Shown here: piece by piece, positions 57,630 to 64,000 of the stretch
Layout: each line of letters opens with the position of its first letter
Numbering within the stretch: the first letter of the stretch is position 1
Assembly: GCA_965199495.1 (NCBI GenBank)
Contig: CBDASK010000003.1
Location: 4,064,001 to 4,128,000, forward strand
Length of the DNA: 64,000 bases
Reading direction: 5' to 3'
Source: Abditibacterium sp.
Lineage (GTDB): Bacteria; Armatimonadota; Abditibacteriia; Abditibacteriales; Abditibacteriaceae
The notes under the pieces: model-generated
Databases searched by the model: none
What the model saw: the letters and a program-made list of their open reading frames with translations, nothing else
What the model was told of the DNA's origin: nothing
Program-made: the position numbers and the translations under genes

Positions 57630-58060
57630 GCACGACCTACATTCCCGTCGCTTTGCGCCGACGGGTCATCGCTCGTGCGCAGAACCTTTGCGAGTATTGT
57701 CTGATTCATCAGGACGACACTTTCTTCGGCTGTCACGTCGATCATATTGTCAGCGAAAAACATGGCGGATTAACAGTCGCCGAGAATTTGGCTCTGGCTT
57801 GCACTTTTTGCAATCTCTACAAAGGCAGCGATTTGGGTTCGCTGGTTGGGAGCGGCGACCTCGTTCGCTTTTATCATCCGCGCACGGATGTCTGGTTGGA
57901 ACACTTCTTTTTGGCAGCAGCCACAATCGAGCCGCTAACCGAAATCGGCGAAGTCACGGTTCGCATCTTTCGATTTAATCATTCCGACCGTTTGTTGGAA
58001 CGCCAGAACTTAATTGACGCTGAACTTTATCCGCGTCTTGATATGGAACGGTTGCTCTAA
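57626..58060 (+). CDS. HNH endonuclease
   Basis: CEYC, HVDHIVSEKHGG, NLALACTFCNLYKG, HPR..W.EHF. Confidence 0.92.
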   Translation: MSTTYIPVALRRRVIARAQNLCEYCLIHQDDTFFGCHVDHIVSEKHGGLTVAENLALACTFCNLYKGSDLGSLVGSGDLVRFYHPRTDVWLEHFFLAAATIEPLTEIGEVTVRIFRFNHSDRLLERQNLIDAELYPRLDMERLL

Positions 58061-58068
58061 AGTCAACA

Positions 58069-58178
58069 GGCGACAAAGCGCGACTTTGCCCGCGACCCAA
58101 TCGAAGAGCGCCTCGTTTTCGGAAAGTTCGAGCGGAAAGGGAATTTTCATAATTCGTGCGGCAGAGTTTAGGCGATGA
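58069..58178. repeat. 110-bp direct repeat, copy B (stranded pckG 5' fragment)
   Basis: Minus strand encodes [27 protein letters not shown] and then diverges. Confidence 0.92.
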
Positions 58179-58224
58179 ATGGGTTTGGACGCGAAAATTC
58201 GCCAACATCTGCTAAAATCAAAAC

Positions 58225-58584
58225 ATGAGTTTTCGTCCGATTTCTCGTCAGATGCGTCAGCCGGAAAGATCGTTTAGCTGGTGCCGCTCCTGTTTTCGCG
58301 CGTGCCTAGAGAGTTACTGTCAGTTGTCCCACCAATCGCACCGCACGCTTTACGCGCGCTTTGCCGATGAATTTGGTTTCGACCGCGACGACGTATCCGA
58401 TGCCAACGAGAGCCTGTTGCGTGCGTTGAACGCTTTAGAAGTAGAGCGTAATCAAATGCTGGAGCTGCTACGCGCTTTCGACAGGAAACGCGTCAGAGCG
58501 AAAGCGCTGGGCGTCGCACACTGTCGAACGCCGAAAAAGCCGAACTTGATACGATTCGTCGCGGCTCTCAATCCCTCATTATGA
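58225..58584 (+). CDS. Hypothetical protein, possibly frameshifted near 58510
   Basis: TGnTAAAAT 6 nt before the ATG. Confidence 0.5.
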   Translation: MSFRPISRQMRQPERSFSWCRSCFRACLESYCQLSHQSHRTLYARFADEFGFDRDDVSDANESLLRALNALEVERNQMLELLRAFDRKRVRAKALGVAHCRTPKKPNLIRFVAALNPSL

Positions 58585-58871
58585 ACCCTAACAATTCAAA
58601 CCAAAACGAAACAGAAACTCAGCCCACTCTCGAAGAATTGCGCGAACTGGGAAGCGCCGAAATCAACGCCATGACTTTCACTCCGCCGGGTGGAACTGCG
58701 ATGACGTTGGATGAATACGTCGAATATCAAAAGAGTGAAGCCGCCAAAAAAGATGAAAGTCTGCGGTGCATGATTCAACTCAACGCGGATGAGGACAGAC
58801 GGCGGCGCGACATGAAGAATATGACGAATGAAGAGCGCGCGGTTTATCTTGAGCGCGAAAACGAAAAATAG
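58581..58871 (+). CDS. Small charged hypothetical protein
   Basis: ATGA overlap with the upstream ORF. Confidence 0.6.
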   Translation: MNPNNSNQNETETQPTLEELRELGSAEINAMTFTPPGGTAMTLDEYVEYQKSEAAKKDESLRCMIQLNADEDRRRRDMKNMTNEERAVYLERENEK

Positions 58872-58883
58872 CGACAAATATTT

Positions 58884-59141
58884 ATGCCTCAACCCGATAA
58901 TCGTGCGCGCGAGCCGTTTGCCGGAGAAAATTGCTTTGCCGGTGGCTGTATCGGAGCGTTGCTTGCGCCGCTCGCGTTTTTGTTGTGCCTCGCGCTTTTT
59001 CTGCGCGCCGATGAAGGCTCAGGAGGTTTGATTTTCCTCTTTTTCTTATCGGCGCCCATCGGCGCGATCATCGGAATCATCGTTTATCCAACAGCGCGCA
59101 AATGGGCGAAATCGTTCGCCACGAAAAGAAAATCTCGATGA
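58884..59141 (+). CDS. Small 2-TM protein, paralog 1
   Basis: GGCIGALLAPLAFLL...PIGAIIG. Confidence 0.7.
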   Translation: MPQPDNRAREPFAGENCFAGGCIGALLAPLAFLLCLALFLRADEGSGGLIFLFFLSAPIGAIIGIIVYPTARKWAKSFATKRKSR

Positions 59142-59434
59142 AAGTTGAAAACTACGACGACGATGAGCCGGAGCCGCCGACCGGTTGGCAATGGCTGGGC
59201 GGCTGTTGCATCGGCGCCGCGCTGGGCGCGGTTGGCGCGCCGCTCGCGTTTTTGTTGTTGCTTTGTGTCATCGGCTTTTTTACTCCCGACGACAATGCCG
59301 AAGGTTCCCCGCTTTGGATATTACTTTGCGTTCCGTTGGGCGCGATTATGGGCGCCATCGGTTTTCCGATGGCGCGCTTGATTTTTGTTTTGTTACGCGC
59401 CAAAATCAGGCGTCGTCGGACAAATCGTCGGTAA
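59138..59434 (+). CDS. Small 2-TM protein, paralog 2
   Basis: GGCCIGAALGAVGAPLAFLL...PLGAIMG; ATGA overlap. Confidence 0.7.
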   Translation: MKVENYDDDEPEPPTGWQWLGGCCIGAALGAVGAPLAFLLLLCVIGFFTPDDNAEGSPLWILLCVPLGAIMGAIGFPMARLIFVLLRAKIRRRRTNRR

Positions 59435-59540
59435 CATCCGTTTGAGAGCATTCTTAAACAGGGAATTCCCGCGAAATTGTTCCATCTGCGAAAAATGGAA
59501 TTCAACTTGCTTTTCGAGAGATGTTAGAGGAAATCTCTTT

Positions 59541-60206
59541 ATGAAAACCAACTCTTTCAAAATGTTACTGGGCACTGCTGCCCTTGGTCTGGCTCTAACA
59601 GCCACGGCGCCTGTTGCGCGCGCGATGGATATGCCCGCGACGATGGATTTCAAATCGGCGCTCAACAATAACCTCGACAAATTGTTCATGGTTCACGCTT
59701 ATCAGGGCAACTTGGGCGAAGTCAAACTGGGCAAACTGGCCGAAATGCGCGCCAAAGACCCATCGGTGAAAATGGTCGCCAAAACCATCGTTTTGGAACA
59801 CGGCATCGCCAACCGCGATTTGCTCGGACACTTCAAAGAGTTGGGCGTGCCCGTTCCCAAAGATGCGGGCATCGCCAACGCCGCGCTTTACGAGAAAATG
59901 ACGACTTTGCACGGTTCGGCCTTCGACAAAGCCTATATCGCCGCGATGGCAGGCGGGCACGAAGCGGCAGTTGTGTTGTATTCGCACGAAGTGGATTCCG
60001 GCAAAAACGCCACGGCCAAAGCCTATGCCGCCAACAAACTGCCCGGCATTTTGGGACACACCGCGATGATTTATCAATGCGCCAAAAAGGTCGGTGCGCC
60101 CGGTTTGAATTTGCGTCCCGCTCCGGTCAAAGAAGCCGCGCCCGCCGCAGCCAAAGAACACGAAGCGATGGTCAAGATGAAGATGGAAAAGATGGGCAAA
60201 ATGTAA
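59541..60206 (+). CDS. Secreted DUF4142-like (ferritin-like) protein
   Basis: Signal peptide; EVKLGKLA, FDKAYIAAM..GHE, AYAANKLP. Confidence 0.8.
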   Translation: MKTNSFKMLLGTAALGLALTATAPVARAMDMPATMDFKSALNNNLDKLFMVHAYQGNLGEVKLGKLAEMRAKDPSVKMVAKTIVLEHGIANRDLLGHFKELGVPVPKDAGIANAALYEKMTTLHGSAFDKAYIAAMAGGHEAAVVLYSHEVDSGKNATAKAYAANKLPGILGHTAMIYQCAKKVGAPGLNLRPAPVKEAAPAAAKEHEAMVKMKMEKMGKM

Positions 60207-60222
60207 ATTGTCCGACACAAAG

Positions 60223-60256
60223 AAGCCCGCGATACTTTTGGTATCGCGGGCTTTTT
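60223..60256 (+). terminator. Intrinsic terminator
   Basis: AAGCCCGCGATAC-TTTTG-GTATCGCGGGCTTTTT. Confidence 0.85.
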
Positions 60257-60262
60257 ACAATT

Positions 60263-60358
60263 GTAGAGACGCCGATTTATCGCGTCTAAAATGTGAATCA
60301 CTCCGCAGATCAGCGCGGCAACTTCTACATTTTAGACGCGATAAATCGGCATCTCTAC
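60263..60358. repeat. GTAG-type REP doublet, copy 5
   Basis: GTAGAGACGCCGATTTATCGCGTCT ... AGACGCGATAAATCGGCATCTCTAC; 96 bp. Confidence 0.85.
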
Positions 60359-60368
60359 GGATTGCGAA

Positions 60369-60758
60369 TTAATCTTCGAGCGGATCCAATCGCGCATCAG
60401 GCGGCAGCAGTTCGCGCACGGCGTCTTCGTCCAATTCTTCGATGTCCACTTCGCCGGGCGCGTTCATCGAACTTTGCACGGGCGAATGCAACTGCGGTTC
60501 GGGCGTGTCCAAATCCGACATCGGCACTTCCATGTCGGGCGTTTCCTCGTCCATCTCATCATAAAGCGCGACATCTTCTTCGTCGTCCCGCGTCGGGTCA
60601 ATTAATCCGGCGTCGGCTTCGGACGAGGCCGAATCGGAGACGGTTTTGACGCCTGGTTGCAGCGTTTCCATTTCGTCGGTTGAGAGCGGCGCGCCGCCGG
60701 GCGTGGGCGTGTCGAGTTCGTTGTTGACGTAAGATTCGGTATCGCGTGGTTTTTGCAT
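60369..60758 (-). CDS. Highly acidic, probably disordered hypothetical protein
   Basis: 129 aa, D/E/P-rich. Confidence 0.7.
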   Translation of the reverse strand: MQKPRDTESYVNNELDTPTPGGAPLSTDEMETLQPGVKTVSDSASSEADAGLIDPTRDDEEDVALYDEMDEETPDMEVPMSDLDTPEPQLHSPVQSSMNAPGEVDIEELDEDAVRELLPPDARLDPLED

Positions 60759-60817
60759 ATTGTTAGTGATTTAAACTCCGGCGCGCTTTGCAGCCAATGA
60801 AGTGCCACACTCGCGCG

Positions 60818-62902
60818 CTACTTTTTCCACGTCACAGCCGGGAATTTTAACGTCGCCGTTTCGGCTTTTTCGTTCGAGATTTCGGTCGCGCGAATATCGA
60901 GGTCTATCGCCGTGGCTGCTGTTGAGTTGGGCGCGGGCAAAATCAGCGAAAGCGCGCCCGCCGTGGTGCCACTCAGCAAATCGCCGCGATAAATCGGGCC
61001 ATTGATTTCCTGCGCGTCGCCTTTGTCGGCGCGCAAGGTGGACTTTTCCAGCGTAATTTCGGCATCGGCGGCGAAGGGCGTGTAATCGAAAACCGCCACC
61101 AGAGCGCTGTCGCCTTTGAATTTGGCCGCCGCGCCCTGCGCCAAGAGCAAGGTCTCGATTTTGTCGGCGGGGAGCCACGCGATCTTCTTCAATTGCAACG
61201 TGCCTGTGCCCACCGTTTCGTCAACGGCGCGCTGCGAATCGGGAGCGACCGCCAAATTTTTGGCGCTGAAACTGTGGCGCAAACGCCGAAACGAGCGCAC
61301 ATCGAGCGCGAAATCGGTGGTCGCATCGAACTTGCCGTAATTTTTGTTAAAGCGCGTCGCGGTTTCGCCGGGCACGGGCGGCGCGCCGTCGGAATGAAAG
61401 AAAACTTCGTCGGAAGTTTCGCCAAAGACAACCATTTTGTTGTCTTTGCCCTCGCTGTCGCGGGCGCGCAGTTCGACGGGGACGGTCACCGTTTCGACCA
61501 GAGTTTGCGTTTGCTCGGCGTTATTTTTCTCGGCGGGCGCGACCCAGACCAAACCGAGATAATTGTCGCCGCGCTGCACCTCTTCGATGCGCGCCGCGAA
61601 TTTGCCGTCGCTCGCGCTCCATGCGGGCAACGCTTCGGGATCGTCGGCGGGCGGCGCGACAACTGGCGCGGGCGGATTCGCCTTGAGCAGAGCAGAGACC
61701 GGCACCTCGACTTCGATCGTGCTATACGCGTCTTTTTGCTTCCACGCCTCGTCGAACTCGGTCATTAATAAAGTGATTTTCGCTTCTTTGGCGCCATCTT
61801 CGGGTAAAGCGGGCATCCGAACCGACACGCCTTGTGCAGTGCCGGTCGAATACGAGCCGCCCGCGCGTAGCGAGCGATTCTGGTCGTCCACGATGTTTTG
61901 GATGTCGCTGTCAATTCGCGCGTTCGGCGCGTCTTTGGGTCGCGTCCACTCGATGTTGTAAGTCGTGGTTTTCTTGTCCCAATCGCCGATAATGGAAGTC
62001 AAAGTCAGAACTGTTCCGTGCGCCGTTGTGACCTGCGAATTGGTCTTGCTTACGGGATTTTCGCGCGTGGGCAATGGGCCGCTCAGCGTGTAGGGCGCGC
62101 GAAAGCGTCCGCTCGAATCGGCATTGGCGTCGGGCGAAGTCGTTTCCCAGATCGCGGTCACGCTTTTCCATTGCGGGTTGACTTTGGGAAACGAAATCAC
62201 GCGCGCCTCTCCCGTGTTGCCCGCTCCGCTCCCGACCAGCATTTGGCCATCGGGCGCGCGCACGCCCAATAAATGCGCCCATTCGTAATAGGGCCGCGTG
62301 GTTTTGGGTTCGCGCGGCTCGAAGACGCGATAAGACAAAAAGTAGACGGGCCGCGTATTTTTGCTCCAATTGAAAATTTGGTTTTCCGGCTGAAACCCGC
62401 CATCCACGACGCGCACGCGCACGCCTTTGGAATCGGCGGGCGGCGGCAACAATCCGCGAAGCGGCGTCGGCGTGGCTGGGTCGGGCGGAATCGTCGGAAC
62501 CGGCGAACTCCATTCGAGCGCGCGCGCGTTCATCGGTTTTCCCGTGCCGCCGTCGCGCCCGACGGCGCGCAATCGTAGGCCGATAGTCAAATCGCCCAAA
62601 CCATAAATCGTGCCCTGACGCAAATCTATCAAACGCGTTTGGCCGTTGGTCACGAGGGTTTTGGGTTTGGGCGGGTTCAACGATTTTCGTCCGTTGGGCG
62701 TGGCAAACGCCGTCGCCAAAATCGTGACTTCACCGGTCGCGCCGTTGATGCCGCGAACTTCGCCTTCGAGCGCGATTTCGCCCGGCTGCAAAATCGCGCC
62801 TTGTTGCGCAGTCAATTCGGTTTTATCCGGCGTTTGTGCCCACGCGCGCGGGCAGGGCGCCAAGGCGCACACTCCAAAGATGAGAAAATAAGAACGTTTC
62901 AT
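60818..62902 (-). CDS. Secreted multi-domain hypothetical protein (N-terminal DUF5666-like OB domain)
   Basis: Signal peptide MKRSYFLIFGVC...AWAQ; EGEV..I...L..G..LRAVG...A..L. Confidence 0.72.
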   Translation of the reverse strand: MKRSYFLIFGVCALAPCPRAWAQTPDKTELTAQQGAILQPGEIALEGEVRGINGATGEVTILATAFATPNGRKSLNPPKPKTLVTNGQTRLIDLRQGTIYGLGDLTIGLRLRAVGRDGGTGKPMNARALEWSSPVPTIPPDPATPTPLRGLLPPPADSKGVRVRVVDGGFQPENQIFNWSKNTRPVYFLSYRVFEPREPKTTRPYYEWAHLLGVRAPDGQMLVGSGAGNTGEARVISFPKVNPQWKSVTAIWETTSPDANADSSGRFRAPYTLSGPLPTRENPVSKTNSQVTTAHGTVLTLTSIIGDWDKKTTTYNIEWTRPKDAPNARIDSDIQNIVDDQNRSLRAGGSYSTGTAQGVSVRMPALPEDGAKEAKITLLMTEFDEAWKQKDAYSTIEVEVPVSALLKANPPAPVVAPPADDPEALPAWSASDGKFAARIEEVQRGDNYLGLVWVAPAEKNNAEQTQTLVETVTVPVELRARDSEGKDNKMVVFGETSDEVFFHSDGAPPVPGETATRFNKNYGKFDATTDFALDVRSFRRLRHSFSAKNLAVAPDSQRAVDETVGTGTLQLKKIAWLPADKIETLLLAQGAAAKFKGDSALVAVFDYTPFAADAEITLEKSTLRADKGDAQEINGPIYRGDLLSGTTAGALSLILPAPNSTAATAIDLDIRATEISNEKAETATLKFPAVTWKK

Positions 62903-62958
62903 TGCTACTCGACAGTTTAAATGAGATGTAGCTACGAAAATTAATTTTGACGACCACC

Positions 62959-62987
62959 GAACTTTCGCCCCCGTTTTCTGCATCCAA
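62959..62987 (+). promoter_or_regulatory. Putative ECF promoter GAACTT-N16-CATCCAA
   Basis: Same motif as 290-318; ATG 7 nt downstream. Confidence 0.65.
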
Positions 62988-62994
62988 TAGCGTA

Positions 62995-63411
62995 ATGGAA
63001 ATGGTTTTCCCCATCGCTCCGCCGCTCTTCGCAGCGCAAGCGCCCACAAACGCCAACGACGAAGCGCGTTTGATCGAGCGCGCCCGCGCCGGAGAAGTCG
63101 GCGCTCTGGACGAATTAATGAATCGTCATCGCGCGCGCATTTTGAATCTGACGTTTCAAATCACGCGCGACCGCGACCGCGACATCGCCGAAGACTGCGC
63201 GCAGGAAGCGTTCGTGCGCGCCTTTTCCAAGTTAAATCTGTTTCGCGCCCAATTGAGCTTCGCGACGTGGCTCTATCGCATCGCGCTCAACGTCGCGCTC
63301 GAAAAAGGGCGCGTAATACCCCTACGCGCGCAACTCAATCGCAATTTGGATCGCCAAGTGCCAATCGGCGAAATCGCCTGGATGCGGGAGCAAATCGCTA
63401 AAACGAAATAG
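62995..63411 (+). pseudogene. Truncated ECF sigma factor (region 2 intact, region 4 lost or degenerate)
   Basis: Paralog of 334-930 up to WLYRIALNVALEK, then no LREWQG.SY.EIA helix-turn-helix. Confidence 0.7.
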
Positions 63412-63519
63412 CGCGCGCGAGCAGTATTGCGAATTTAGGCGAAAAAGCGGGCGCAACTTCCTTGCACTTGCGTGGGGGGAGCGGCGAAACTGTGGGCGTT
63501 CCCTCAACGTCTTCTCCCT

Positions 63520-64000
63520 ATGGCCTCCACTTCTGCCCCGCCGCGTGGCGCGGATACGCGTAGCGCAGGTGCGCGAACTGCTGATATTTCCGTCGCGGAT
63601 GTCGCCGATTTTCAAATGCCGATTCTGCCCGCTTTGCTCGTTGACGATGGCAAGGCGCAGGACGCCATCGCCGCGCTCGATGCGACCGAGTATCGCGCCG
63701 CCGACCGCGACGACAAAAGCCCCGATTCGCCGCGCGCCCGCGTCAAAGCTCTGGTCGAGAAAACTCTGGCCGCGCGCCCCCTCGCCGACGCCGATTTATT
63801 GGCGCGCGCCTACGCGTTCGCCGACGAAAAACACGCCGGTCAAACGCGCAAATCGGGCGAGCCTTACGTCGAGCATCCCATCGCCGTGGCTGGTATTCTG
63901 GCCGAATTGGGCATGGACGACGTGACCATCGCCGCCGGACTCTTGCACGATGTGCCCGAAGATTGCAACGTTTCTTACGAGGAAATGCAGGAGCGCTTCG
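63520..64000 (+). CDS. RelA/SpoT (p)ppGpp synthetase/hydrolase, 5' part (absent from the ORF track)
   Basis: Open frame from ATG 63520: [39 protein letters not shown]...[10 protein letters not shown] (HD motif). Confidence 0.93.
   Translation, partial: MASTSAPPRGADTRSAGARTADISVADVADFQMPILPALLVDDGKAQDAIAALDATEYRAADRDDKSPDSPRARVKALVEKTLAARPLADADLLARAYAFADEKHAGQTRKSGEPYVEHPIAVAGILAELGMDDVTIAAGLLHDVPEDCNVSYEEMQERF

Overview
Bacterial chromosomal window, moderately GC-rich, with no rRNA, CRISPR array, prophage or complete transposase. Housekeeping genes: rsgA, gyrB (carrying a 430-aa HNH intein), gyrA, metF, thrS, GTP-type PEP carboxykinase, a stand-alone tRNA-Ile(GAT), topoisomerase IB and the 5' end of a relA/spoT gene. 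Accessory modules: (1) an ECF sigma/anti-sigma/membrane-protein operon, with a truncated paralog at the far end that shares the same promoter motif; (2) a BlaI-BlaR1(M56) locus with a perfect 24-bp palindromic operator and a second, protease-less sensor copy; (3) an ADP-ribose/NAD cluster (NrtR, NADAR, macrodomain, SPFH, PARG-like, NAD-kinase-like, then Mrr and an ATP-dependent ligase) with three visible NrtR-type boxes; (4) a 1421-aa RecB/Cas4-like nuclease fused to an SF1 helicase; (5) a ~1-kb HNH islet bracketed by a duplicated pckG 5' end. The most notable DNA-level signals are the non-palindromic 9-mer CGTGGCTGC (29 copies by eye, both strands, several reading frames; uptake-sequence-like), a small basic ORF that runs into a terminator hairpin without a stop codon (ArfA/BrfA-like logic), and at least five families of intergenic inverted-repeat/REP elements. 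All family assignments come from motif recognition by eye; no database searches were run.
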